Sequence record: OV032902.1
DNA length: 64,000 nt
Strand: one strand, 5' to 3'
Below are positions 29,197 through 39,008 of the stretch, piece by piece. A model generated the notes under the pieces. The model did not search any database. It was given only the letters and a program-made list of their open reading frames with translations, and was not told where the DNA came from. Position 1 is the first letter of the stretch. Every line of letters begins with the position of its first letter. A program made the position numbers and the translations under genes.

Positions 29197-29925
29197 ATGG
29201 AATTCGATCCAGATAAACGCGACCGAGACAAAGTATTGTCTGCTATTCACGAGGAAACAAAATACCACAAGTGGATGGCAAAAGAAAACATTAAGATTGT
29301 TTTCCCTAAACGCTACATCAACGGTAAGCTAGGTAACCTAGACGAACGATTTAATACCGTTGCTATTTTCGCCGTTATCCTTGAAGACGGCACATGGGAA
29401 GTTTGTTCTATCTGTTCAATCATTCCTTTGACTCCATCTGGTTCTTCAATCATTAAGATCAATGGCGTCGACTACTACGAACTAACTTGGGAGAAAGGAC
29501 AAGTAATCTGTCCGAACCTAAACTTAGTACAACGCTCAAACCTAGCATTCGAGATTTACGATGAGTTCATCACTAAGAACCGTCTTCCTCCTTACATGGA
29601 CAATCTAGATTCATGTAAGATACTTGACAGTCTTAAAGAATTCTCAGGCGTAAACCTAGGTGCTAACTTCGCACTTCTTCGTATTTACAACGCGACAACA
29701 ACACGTTCATTAGAAGACCGTACAGTTCCAGCTCGCGAACAATACAAGACTCAGGCAGATTTCCATCGGATGGATGTTGACCGAATTGCACTGCGCTCTG
29801 TTGCTTACGTAGCCGATAACACGACTTCACGTCTAAACGGCTCATACCTAGCACAAGGCTTTAACTCTGCATTGGTTAACCCGTCTGAATCTATCGAAGA
29901 AGTAGAACAAGTCTACATCTCATAG
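29197..29925 (+). CDS. Conserved hypothetical protein (phiKZ gp176-like position)
   Basis: 242 aa with AAGGA RBS. Confidence 0.6.
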   Translation: MEFDPDKRDRDKVLSAIHEETKYHKWMAKENIKIVFPKRYINGKLGNLDERFNTVAIFAVILEDGTWEVCSICSIIPLTPSGSSIIKINGVDYYELTWEKGQVICPNLNLVQRSNLAFEIYDEFITKNRLPPYMDNLDSCKILDSLKEFSGVNLGANFALLRIYNATTTRSLEDRTVPAREQYKTQADFHRMDVDRIALRSVAYVADNTTSRLNGSYLAQGFNSALVNPSESIEEVEQVYIS

Positions 29926-29933
29926 AGGTCATC

Positions 29934-30767
29934 ATGTCAGATATCGCTATTCTGAGTAGTGACGTAATGAATGTTAAGGCAGCATCTAAACTCGACATGG
30001 ACAGCAATGGCTATCGCCTAGTTGTTCTTAGTGCCTTTAACTATGCGTCTCGTGGCGGCATTAAGCCGTACTACAAACATACTCAAGAACTTGACAATCT
30101 TTTTTCTGCTAACGGCAAACTAAACATTCGCGCTAAAGAACGCAACCTGTACGGCGAGTGGGGTCATCCTACTATCCAGCCAGGTGAAACTGTTCCTAAC
30201 TTCGTAAACCGTTTCCGTGAAGTTACAGAAAAACATATGTCTCATCACATCCGTAAGGTATTCCTACGTCCAGGTAAAGACGAGCACGGTAATCCTGTTG
30301 TTCTTGCTATGGGTTGGGTAAAACCATTTGGTCCGTATGCTAGCTGTCTAGAAGCAGCATTTACGAACGATGAGCAAAACTGTTCGTTCTCTATTCGTTC
30401 TGCATCACGTCGCTTCAACCGCGAAGGTCCTGATGGACAGATGCGTCTTGAGAAAGAAATCTATGAAGTATTCGCTTGGGACTATGTAAACCTACCTGGT
30501 CACGCATTAGCTACTAAGTACAATACTCCAGCGGAAGGTAAAGAACTAGACGCTGAAAGCATGATCGATATTCAAGAACCAGAAATGGCTGAACTTCTTG
30601 CAGAAGACTTTAGTCTATCAGACCTACAAACTGCGGAAGCTATTGCTGACCATCTTTGTTCGGTTGCTGGTATTGAAAACGGTAACGCTGTATCTACTAC
30701 CCGCATCAAGACAGCTCTTGGTTGGGAAAAGGTAGAAGTGCATACTATGCATGCAACTGATTGGTAA
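29934..30767 (+). CDS. Prohead (head maturation) serine protease (T4 gp21 / phiKZ gp175-like)
   Basis: LYGEWGHP, GWVKPFGP, FSIRS and WDYVNLPG motifs. Confidence 0.85.
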   Translation: MSDIAILSSDVMNVKAASKLDMDSNGYRLVVLSAFNYASRGGIKPYYKHTQELDNLFSANGKLNIRAKERNLYGEWGHPTIQPGETVPNFVNRFREVTEKHMSHHIRKVFLRPGKDEHGNPVVLAMGWVKPFGPYASCLEAAFTNDEQNCSFSIRSASRRFNREGPDGQMRLEKEIYEVFAWDYVNLPGHALATKYNTPAEGKELDAESMIDIQEPEMAELLAEDFSLSDLQTAEAIADHLCSVAGIENGNAVSTTRIKTALGWEKVEVHTMHATDW

Positions 30768-30930
30768 TACTTAAGCAGGGGGCTTGCGCCTCCTGCTTTT
30801 ACCATTATTTTTGTATTTGAAAAAATCTACACTTCTATATAACTTAGATGCTTATGTACATTAGTCTTTTATAACGCGTCGTTACAATGATGTGTAAAGA
30901 CTACCTAAACCAACAAAGAAGGATGACATC

Positions 30931-31365
30931 ATGTCTGAAAAATACGTAGCTATCAATACTCTAGCTGAAACTCTTGCTGAGAAAGCAACACTAAGCGGTA
31001 ACGCAATGACTGTATCTGCTGAAGTTGTAGAAGGCGTTCTTCCTAAAGGTCTGACTATGGCAGACATCGAAAAGGTTGAAGCATTCAAAACAGACTTGGG
31101 TGCTGCTACTGTAATTGCTGCTGGTCGTACTCTGGCTAGCGAAGCTCTAAAAGGTCATGATCAAATCGTAGCACACGTTGACCTGCCAATGGGTAACATC
31201 CAAGCAACAGTAGACCGTTCGGTTGAAATCGCTGGTGAAACTAAAGTTGGTTACTCTGTGCTAACCTTTAACCAAGTTGCGGAAGGTAAAGACAACGTTC
31301 TTGCTTACGCTGCTGAAACTGTATCTTCTCTAAACTACTCTGACGATCTTGAGTCAGACGACTAA
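30931..31365 (+). CDS. Hypothetical (early) protein
   Basis: 144 aa with AAGGA RBS. A variant early promoter CTATATAAC lies at 30835. Confidence 0.6.
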   Translation: MSEKYVAINTLAETLAEKATLSGNAMTVSAEVVEGVLPKGLTMADIEKVEAFKTDLGAATVIAAGRTLASEALKGHDQIVAHVDLPMGNIQATVDRSVEIAGETKVGYSVLTFNQVAEGKDNVLAYAAETVSSLNYSDDLESDD

Positions 31366-31374
31366 TAAGGAACT

Positions 31375-31740
31375 GTGTATATGTTGAATCGTGGAAAATT
31401 TTCTGAAAAGCGTGGCAATAAGCCTGGTTACAAAAAGCCGTACAACAAGAACGGCGGTGGTCGTAAGCGCTACGACAACTTTGATGATGTTCGCAAAGAA
31501 CGCGAACGTCCTAAGCTAGGCCTGGAACGTCCTGGGATTGACGTTACTAAAGTAAAACTTATGACGCAAGTTCTTACGCTGTGTGCACAGCTAAAAGCTA
31601 AGCGCTCTAAGTTCCCTCATATCCCTCGTGGTAAATTCCCGGCTAACGCTGGTGAAGTTACTGTCGTCTCGCTGCAAGGTCAAGTTGCTTGGCTAGAAGC
31701 GGAAATCAAAAACTTTAACGAGGCACTAGTAAATGTCTAA
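31375..31740 (+). CDS. Basic hypothetical protein
   Basis: K/R/G-rich N-terminus. Confidence 0.55.
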   Translation: MYMLNRGKFSEKRGNKPGYKKPYNKNGGGRKRYDNFDDVRKERERPKLGLERPGIDVTKVKLMTQVLTLCAQLKAKRSKFPHIPRGKFPANAGEVTVVSLQGQVAWLEAEIKNFNEALVNV

Positions 31741-31858
31741 TATTGATTTCCTGTGGGACGAAGACGAAAACGAATACGATGTCGACAGACATGCACGACC
31801 TGAAGAAGAGCAAGAAGAAGACTATGAAGATGGTCACTTCATGATGCTCACTCAGTAG
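31733..31858 (+). CDS. Acidic 41 aa microprotein (not in ORF track)
   Basis: MSNIDFLWDEDENEYDVDRHARPEEEQEEDYEDGHFMMLTQ. GAGG RBS; overlaps the previous stop. Confidence 0.55.
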   Translation: MSNIDFLWDEDENEYDVDRHARPEEEQEEDYEDGHFMMLTQ

Positions 31859-31891
31859 CATACTCAAGAGCACTTGTTCGAGTGCTCTTTA

Positions 31892-32059
31892 TGAATGCTA
31901 TTACGACAGGGGACTTGCACCTATTGGCTTTCTTAAGGGTTGCATCTTAAGATCTTTTTGGTAAAAGGACTGAGCAGGGGTCAAACTGATAAGTAGTAAT
32001 GCTTTGAAGAAAACATAATCCGTTCGGATGATGAGTATCATAGAACCCTGTCGCATTCA
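31892..32059 (+). ncRNA. Candidate ~168 nt structured non-coding RNA
   Basis: 5' TGAATG..CGACAGGG pairs with 3' CCCTGTCG-CATTCA (14 bp plus a bulge). Internal hairpins TCTTAAG/CTTAAGA and TCTTTT/AAAAGGA. No ORF. Confidence 0.5.
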
Positions 32060-32110
32060 AACTTAACTTTCTAAAGTCCGGAGAACCCGGCATAATGGAG
32101 AACCCATATC

Positions 32111-32989
32111 ATGATTAACTTAACTTCACACATCATCTCTTCTTTCTTTTCTATCGACCACAGCACAGCTCTTATCTTGGAATCTGTAGCTAAGTCTTCT
32201 AACGACTACAACAAGATGATGCTTCTTCTTTCTCGTCACAATGACTTTATGGCAACCACATACTTCGACCTATTCAGTGTCGTATGTACTCGCCGTCTAA
32301 AGAATCATCTGACGGTAGATACTTTCACTCTGAAGGATGACCGCATCATTAAGCAAACTCTTGAGTTAGACAACAGCATTACTTCACGTGAGCTCATCAA
32401 TGACGCTGTACTACGTAATGCTCGTCGTGTAGCATGTATCGAGGAATACCAAATCGGTACAACGGAAGTAAGCACAACTCAGTTTGGTTACAATGCCAAA
32501 AAGACGGCAGAGTTGTTCTGGTCAGGTTCACTTGAAAACCGTACTTACACAGAAAAGCGCTTTAACGAAGATGGTGAAGTAATCGTAGAAAAAATAACGT
32601 TACGCCGTGTACATGTACCTATCTTTGGTAAAGACATTAGCGATCCTAAGTATCGTGCAGCAGAAGTAGAAGCTCATGATCACTACACGACAATGCGAAT
32701 GACTTTCCGTGAAGAAGAATACATCCGTATCGGCGAGAACGAAGAATCTGCTGTTATCAATCCTGAGAACATGATGCCTGTGCTCATGTCTTCTAATGGT
32801 TGGATGACTACAGTATCTTACGATGAACAAGGTCGAGTAAAACAAATCGATACTCGTTCCGTAAACACCATCAATGGCACCACTATCGCCGTTGAATACA
32901 TTGACGATGGTTTTGAAACTCACTTAACCTCGTTCAACTACAAGGACGGTGAAGCATCTGGCTCTGGTCATACTACTTCGTTCTTGTAA
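32111..32989 (+). CDS. Hypothetical beta-rich protein
   Basis: 292 aa with GGAG RBS. Confidence 0.6.
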   Translation: MINLTSHIISSFFSIDHSTALILESVAKSSNDYNKMMLLLSRHNDFMATTYFDLFSVVCTRRLKNHLTVDTFTLKDDRIIKQTLELDNSITSRELINDAVLRNARRVACIEEYQIGTTEVSTTQFGYNAKKTAELFWSGSLENRTYTEKRFNEDGEVIVEKITLRRVHVPIFGKDISDPKYRAAEVEAHDHYTTMRMTFREEEYIRIGENEESAVINPENMMPVLMSSNGWMTTVSYDEQGRVKQIDTRSVNTINGTTIAVEYIDDGFETHLTSFNYKDGEASGSGHTTSFL

Positions 32990-33055
32990 TACTCACGCCC
33001 TCTTCGGAGGGCTTTTATTTTTTTGCCTTGACGGGCACTAATGGAGATGACTCTC

Positions 33056-33913
33056 ATGAAATACCTAAAACTAAACTCTGCTTTTTCTCTTTCTAAATTC
33101 CTAGGCCTGCCAGCTCACATTGGCACTATATGTAACAACTACTTCCTTAAAGGTCTGATCACCACAGATCAAATCCTTAAGGTCATCCGTTCGGCTAATC
33201 TTCGCAAGTGTGCCTGGGACGATAAAAGTTCTGCTTTGGTAGTTAGAGATGGCGCTAGAAATACGACTGTGTTTTATATCCCGCAACCGGGACAGATTGT
33301 CGCAGAAACATTTCTATGTGAGTTTGGCAAATACACTTACCTCACACATCTACGTCAACACTGTAAGACAGTAGGCAGAAAGCGCTATTCTTTGTATACT
33401 GGTACGATTGTGGCTGACGATCAATTCACTGTGCAACTTAGCGATAACATGTATCGCGTCCTTGACGGGAGAAACGCACACAATGAAGCAATTGAAACTT
33501 GGTTGACTAATCCAGTTGACCTTCCATACACAGGAAAGAAAAAACGTGTTCAAGCCATGAAAGGAACAGTGACCCTGTCCGATCCAGATGGATTGGTGGC
33601 ATATGAACTAACCGAGCGACTTGCGACCGGCCTACTAGGTCTAAAGAATCTCAATGGTACTTATCTTTCAATCTGTGCTGACAAAGACGGTCAGTTGCTA
33701 CATAACATCCATGGCGATGTCTTCACAGATTACTGGCATGATACTGACAACTTCATGTTCCGTATCCATGTCCGTGATCTAAACGGTACGGCGATCAATG
33801 ATCTAACCGTACACAACACACGCTCGTATGACGATAAAGCTATAGAGACCATCGTCAAAGACGGCGAAGCTGTCTTGTTCCGCCTTAACTGGACGGAGCT
33901 AGACCAACTTTAA
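33056..33913 (+). CDS. Hypothetical beta-rich protein
   Basis: About 285 aa; GGAG RBS before MKYLKL. Confidence 0.6.
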   Translation: MKYLKLNSAFSLSKFLGLPAHIGTICNNYFLKGLITTDQILKVIRSANLRKCAWDDKSSALVVRDGARNTTVFYIPQPGQIVAETFLCEFGKYTYLTHLRQHCKTVGRKRYSLYTGTIVADDQFTVQLSDNMYRVLDGRNAHNEAIETWLTNPVDLPYTGKKKRVQAMKGTVTLSDPDGLVAYELTERLATGLLGLKNLNGTYLSICADKDGQLLHNIHGDVFTDYWHDTDNFMFRIHVRDLNGTAINDLTVHNTRSYDDKAIETIVKDGEAVLFRLNWTELDQL

Positions 33914-33953
33914 ATGGCCGGCAACCCCGGCCTTCTATATAGGAAACCCTATC

Positions 33954-34808
33954 ATGAAATACTTCACACATGTACGCGAAAACACAATCGCAAATATCTT
34001 CACTCTTCCAATGACTCTTACTATGGTTTACTCTAGTCTTCTTGACGAGGAGCAAATCACAATGGAGCAAATGCTAAAGTCTCTTGTTGATGTTTACAAT
34101 CAAGAGAAGTACTTTGAAGCTACCTGGAACGAAGAGCTTAATCGCTTGGAACTTCTGCGTTTCCGTCAAAGCAAGCATTCTCCTGTCCTAGTTAAGATCG
34201 TTACTTGGGAAATGAAAGGCGATGAACTTTGCATGGTCTACTGGAGAACTACCGGTGATGACCATTTTGCAGAGCGCACCAGCGAAGTAACTTACGATAC
34301 ACGCACGTGGATTAAGACACACCACGAAGAGTTTATCGAGCCTCGTCTTCACGTTATCACCAATAAGGACAAACAATACAGCGAAGAGATTGACGGTCAT
34401 TCTATCAATCTTTATTGTTGTGAGTCTTTTCCTGAAATGGGTACAGTCGAACGAACTCATATCGCACTGATTCGAGAAGAAGGCATTCATAACTACTGTG
34501 TCGAAAAGCATCCATTTGGATACAAGATTTACGGCGGCGATGAAAGAGTTGTCTATACTCGTGACCGTGATGACAAGATTGAAGCAATCTCTCAGCCAGA
34601 CTTTACAATAGTCTGCGAGTATAATGAGTACAAGCTCGTTAACTTGATTAGCTGTATTAATACGAAACCTAGTGACAAGGTTAAACGTATTCGCGTCAAT
34701 ACTGTCAACTATGCTTGGGATGATGAAACTCAAAAGGTTTCTGGATTCGTATTAACGTACGATACTGCTAAAGGCAATCCAGAAGTTCGCGTATGTGAAT
34801 TTAAATAA
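33954..34808 (+). CDS. Hypothetical beta-rich protein
   Basis: 284 aa with AGGA RBS. Confidence 0.6.
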   Translation: MKYFTHVRENTIANIFTLPMTLTMVYSSLLDEEQITMEQMLKSLVDVYNQEKYFEATWNEELNRLELLRFRQSKHSPVLVKIVTWEMKGDELCMVYWRTTGDDHFAERTSEVTYDTRTWIKTHHEEFIEPRLHVITNKDKQYSEEIDGHSINLYCCESFPEMGTVERTHIALIREEGIHNYCVEKHPFGYKIYGGDERVVYTRDRDDKIEAISQPDFTIVCEYNEYKLVNLISCINTKPSDKVKRIRVNTVNYAWDDETQKVSGFVLTYDTAKGNPEVRVCEFK

Positions 34809-34814
34809 AAGTAA

Positions 34815-34838
34815 CCTCCTACCCTTGCGGGTAGGAGG
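34815..34838. terminator. Terminator between convergent units
   Basis: CCTCCTACCC-TTGC-GGGTAGGAGG followed by a long T tract. Confidence 0.75.
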
Positions 34839-34905
34839 ATTACCTTTTGCTTTATTTTTTTTTTCTTACTGACGTTGCTAGTTTCCTAGACGCCAGAAAG
34901 AAGGA

Positions 34906-35772
34906 TTATAGTTGAGACGCAACGCGGTCAACACCACCCTTGTAACCGATACCAGCTGCCGTATCAGAAAGAAGCTCAGATGAGATCTTGTCTGCAAACG
35001 GTAGTAGTGCCGATGGAGCGTAACCCTTCTTGTTAAGACTATCCAAGTATGCCTTAGCTAGGTCAGCTACCGCTTCTACTTCATCACTTACAAGAGTGAT
35101 AGCCGTGAAGTCTACTGCGTGTTCTACAGGAGTACGTGCAGTTGCGAATTCAAGAGCAGATTCGTTAGCTAGTGACACTGGCTTCATGTTAGCACACAGA
35201 TATGCGTAGTCAACACCAGTAAGGTTATGGTTCGCCTGAATGAACAATACGATCATTGAAGTGTAGTGGTCAAGCAGCTCAGGGTAGCCAGCTTGCGCAT
35301 ACGAATCGTATTTCAAACAGCCAGGATGACCCGTCATTGGGCTCTCCAAAAGATCAATCATCCAGCGGCTCAGATCTTTGTAGATCGGCATACCACGGTA
35401 TTCGTTCCAAACGAAATTCGGATTTGAACGTTCACGGTTCATCTTAGTTAGTGTTTGGTGAACTTCACCAGACTTGCTAACTGCGATTTCTTCATACTCA
35501 GCGGTAAGCGTTGAGTTTAGACCGGTGATTGATTTAGCCTTTTCTTCGATCAAGGCTTTTAAGCGACGACGCATGCCTTCGCCATCAGGCAGAAACTTGA
35601 AGCCCTTAGGAGCTTGCATAAGAATCGGCATGACTTGCGGTCGCATGTAGAATGCTGCGCTGGTCCAGTTTACTGGATCAGACATAGCACCTAATTGTGA
35701 ACCCACAGAAATGTCCATCACACGTGTGTATTTAGCATTTGGGTTCTCTGAGTTAAGTAGCGCTTCAGCCAT
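34906..35772 (-). CDS. Tail tube protein (phiKZ gp30-like)
   Basis: 288 aa, directly downstream of the sheath gene. Confidence 0.7.
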   Translation of the reverse strand: MAEALLNSENPNAKYTRVMDISVGSQLGAMSDPVNWTSAAFYMRPQVMPILMQAPKGFKFLPDGEGMRRRLKALIEEKAKSITGLNSTLTAEYEEIAVSKSGEVHQTLTKMNRERSNPNFVWNEYRGMPIYKDLSRWMIDLLESPMTGHPGCLKYDSYAQAGYPELLDHYTSMIVLFIQANHNLTGVDYAYLCANMKPVSLANESALEFATARTPVEHAVDFTAITLVSDEVEAVADLAKAYLDSLNKKGYAPSALLPFADKISSELLSDTAAGIGYKGGVDRVASQL

Positions 35773-35826
35773 TTTGAATTACCTCAAAATTATGGAAACT
35801 AGTGGGGGACTTTCATCCCCCGCCGA

Positions 35827-37857
35827 TTATGAACTCAAACGAGCCACAGTGATGTTGTACTGACCAACCGTACGCATAGGGTCAGCTGCACAGTTAACAT
35901 CCAGAGCCCAGCTAAAGCCACGCTGTGAATCATCAGGTGTGATAACTGTTTCACCAGTTACTACCATCTTACCTGCGAACTTACCTTCGATCAGTTCAGC
36001 CCAATCGTCGTTAGATTGATCAACGAACTCTGCTTCAGGAAGTGTAGAACCAGTATTGATCGACCAATGGTACTTAGCTAGACGCTTAATGAACGTTACG
36101 ATCTTAACGTATAGCGTCGAGTTCAACACAGAAGTGTCGTCTTCGTACGCAGTCTGGTATGCTGGCCAGAATACTTCTGAAGTAGTACGCAATTGTGGAT
36201 AGTTGATACCAGTCTTCCAGTACAGGTCTTGAACTGTGTTTGACTTGTATGTGTGAGTCAAGTGAATAACACGAGATAGTGCGTTGTTGTCACGATCAGT
36301 GTAGTCATCTTCAATAGATAGTACACCAGAACCCGCACCTGCGAATGCTGCGTATTTAACAGCAACGTCTAGGAACGAAGTACAACGACGCTTGAAGATA
36401 GAACCTGCGTCCTGACCTTCAGAACCCCAGATATTGAAACGACATTGTTGTGTGCCGTGTACAACTGATTCTGGAGTCAATAGACCGCGAGCTTGCAATG
36501 CAAGACCGATGTTTAGCTCGGTAGCGATTGAATGAGGCGGTTGAGAAGCGATAAACGTACAAACATCAACAGTGATGTCGTCACGCTTAGCCATGGTATC
36601 CAGCATTGCGTACTTGGTATCAAGTTCGAAGCCAGAATCATGGAAGCCAGAGAATGGGTATTGTGCCCAAGAGTTCAATGGCTCATCTGGGTTATCCCAG
36701 TCGCTTTCTAGGTGAGCACGTACTAGGCTATCTAGCTCTGCTTCAGAAACAGTACCATCAGCACCACCCATTAGGTAGTTTACTGTAGCGCCGTCAGCAG
36801 ATAGAGAGTTAGCAACTAGTGGACCTTGTTGGATTGCTTTGTAAGCACGACCCATGTAGTCAAGTTCACCGAATAGGTTCATTTCTTCAGGAGCAGTTAC
36901 AAAAGAACCAGCTACCGCAGACTCTGCATCAAACAGTAGTTGTTGAACTGCTGCGATGTTAGCGCTGTAGAAATGAATGTCGTCAATAGGACCATGACGA
37001 GGAACGAAACCTGGAGTAACGTCTTCGTACGCAGACTTGATCGCACGGTAGTCGTAAGTTTCGTTTGTCTTAGTGTTAACAACACCATCTTTGAAAGAGA
37101 AGTCAACTGACTCAGCTTGAAGAAGGGTATTGATCACTACTGGAGTTGCACCTGGCTTGCTGCGCTCCAACCACGCAAAGCGGTATAGGATAGCTGCGTT
37201 ATCAGTCTGTGCGAATTCGCTAGATGGCTGTGCACGATTAGCGTTTTCTTGAGATAGACGGAAGCCTAGGTTGTTACCGTATTCACCGATGTCTGCAATC
37301 ATGCCGACCAGTGGGTAGATTTTCGATACTTGACCAGTGTTACCTGTCCAAGTGCCATCCATTACAACTTGTTGGTTCCAGTTGTACATGTCTACGCCTT
37401 CAACGTAAACGAAACGCACTAGGTAACCAAGCTGAGTAGCACCAGTATCAACGCGGTTGCCGTTGATGTCTACCTTGTATTCGCCGTTAGGCATTACTTC
37501 GTAAACTGGGTTCTCGTTCTCTACGATTTCAATCGCAAGTACAAGTACAGGAGCTTCAGCGTCGTCAGCTACTAAGCGACGACATGCAATCAAGTTACCT
37601 TGACCAGCTGTAGCCATAGCCATAGCTGTCTGGTGAGAATAGAACTTACTAGTCTCTTGGAAAGTTTCAGAACCGTAGTGAAGAGCCGCCATACCACCAG
37701 TCATGAACTGAGTAGTAGTTTTACCTTTCTTCGCCATAAACATGTATTTCGGACAGTTCTGAGGGATGGCTTCCGGAGTTACCGGAATAGTGCTACCTGA
37801 AACGTCTTTAATACCGTCAAGGTAAGGACGTGGAGTAGCTAATGTGATATTTGCCAT
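35827..37857 (-). CDS. Tail sheath protein (phiKZ gp29-like)
   Basis: 676 aa from MANITLATP with GAGG RBS. Size, YPFSGFHDSGF segment and synteny fit. Confidence 0.8.
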   Translation of the reverse strand: MANITLATPRPYLDGIKDVSGSTIPVTPEAIPQNCPKYMFMAKKGKTTTQFMTGGMAALHYGSETFQETSKFYSHQTAMAMATAGQGNLIACRRLVADDAEAPVLVLAIEIVENENPVYEVMPNGEYKVDINGNRVDTGATQLGYLVRFVYVEGVDMYNWNQQVVMDGTWTGNTGQVSKIYPLVGMIADIGEYGNNLGFRLSQENANRAQPSSEFAQTDNAAILYRFAWLERSKPGATPVVINTLLQAESVDFSFKDGVVNTKTNETYDYRAIKSAYEDVTPGFVPRHGPIDDIHFYSANIAAVQQLLFDAESAVAGSFVTAPEEMNLFGELDYMGRAYKAIQQGPLVANSLSADGATVNYLMGGADGTVSEAELDSLVRAHLESDWDNPDEPLNSWAQYPFSGFHDSGFELDTKYAMLDTMAKRDDITVDVCTFIASQPPHSIATELNIGLALQARGLLTPESVVHGTQQCRFNIWGSEGQDAGSIFKRRCTSFLDVAVKYAAFAGAGSGVLSIEDDYTDRDNNALSRVIHLTHTYKSNTVQDLYWKTGINYPQLRTTSEVFWPAYQTAYEDDTSVLNSTLYVKIVTFIKRLAKYHWSINTGSTLPEAEFVDQSNDDWAELIEGKFAGKMVVTGETVITPDDSQRGFSWALDVNCAADPMRTVGQYNITVARLSS

Positions 37858-38078
37858 TTTGGTTTCCTCTAGAATTCTAAAGAGTAGTTTAAATTTAAAC
37901 CTCTGCATTCAGCAGAATCGAAACGCTTAGGACGAATCGAATAGGGTGTCCCAGTTCCCGAAGCCTAAGCTGAAACGGGGACATAGACCTATACAATTGG
38001 ATGGATATAGGTACTAAAATGACACGCCGAACAAATAAGCTTATTTAAATATTTTACGTAAAATCCAGGAGAACAAAA

Positions 38079-39008
38079 ATGAATGTTCTTGAAACTCGCG
38101 TTCTTAGTATCTTTGAGACTCAAGCTGAGACTATTAAAGACATCGCTAAAGAAGCGTTCGCATTAGAAAATGAAGTGTTCATCCCAGTAGAGGGAAGAGA
38201 ACGAATCTACAAAGTACGTCCGGACGTAGCTACTTCGGAAGTACCAATGTGGAACTTTACAATTATGTTCCGTGAGAATCGTGGCGACAAGTGGAAATAC
38301 TTAGTTGACCTACGTCCTTACGAAAACGTTAACCGTGTAACACAACCTATTGAGTACATGCAAGCAATCATGCGCGCAAACGCCGTACGTAAATGGGAAG
38401 AAGATCGCACTATCTATCAAGGTATTGCTGGTCCATTAGTTGCAGTATACGCTGACTGGATGACTGGTCTTATTCGTAACAGCACTGGCCTTTCTAACAT
38501 CCAGCTAGCGATGTATGAAGTTATGTTTGGTCTTTACATGTATGCTGGTATCAATGCACATGCTGATCCACATATGGACGCTGTAGAGATTCGCGAAGGC
38601 TTTAAGTTATTTGCTAAGTCTAAGCTGCGTATTTCTCCACCTATTCTACAGGCGGTACTTGAAGGCGACAACGGCATGATCGTTACTGATGCACTTCGAG
38701 AAGCATTTGATAACGGCCTAAGTGGCGGTTCTTTGAACATGCTTCTTGCTGGTGCTAACCGCGTTGTTAATTCTCCATCTGCTCACTTTGATATGCCTGC
38801 AATGGTTACTCTAGCTGAGAAAAGCTGGATGGGTTCAGGTGGTGCTGTATTAGCTATGGCTGCGGTACAACATCCTGCACTACTTGCATCGCTAGTATCT
38901 GTTGCTGCGGCAAACCCTATCTATCGTCGTTCACGTATCGGTCAAGCTGTTGACGGACTACGTCGTAAAGGCCTAGATGCTAAAGCAGTATTTAAGGCTA
39001 TTCAATAA
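38079..39008 (+). CDS. Virion structural protein (phiKZ gp28-like position)
   Basis: 309 aa with AGGAG RBS; N-terminal ALE motif. Confidence 0.55.
   Translation: MNVLETRVLSIFETQAETIKDIAKEAFALENEVFIPVEGRERIYKVRPDVATSEVPMWNFTIMFRENRGDKWKYLVDLRPYENVNRVTQPIEYMQAIMRANAVRKWEEDRTIYQGIAGPLVAVYADWMTGLIRNSTGLSNIQLAMYEVMFGLYMYAGINAHADPHMDAVEIREGFKLFAKSKLRISPPILQAVLEGDNGMIVTDALREAFDNGLSGGSLNMLLAGANRVVNSPSAHFDMPAMVTLAEKSWMGSGGAVLAMAAVQHPALLASLVSVAAANPIYRRSRIGQAVDGLRRKGLDAKAVFKAIQ

Noticed and set aside
31960-32050. Hammerhead or riboswitch core in the 31.9 kb RNA
   Set aside because: CTGATAAG and ATGATGAG do not satisfy CUGANGA...GAAA in the right helical context. No TPP or c-di-GMP consensus seen.
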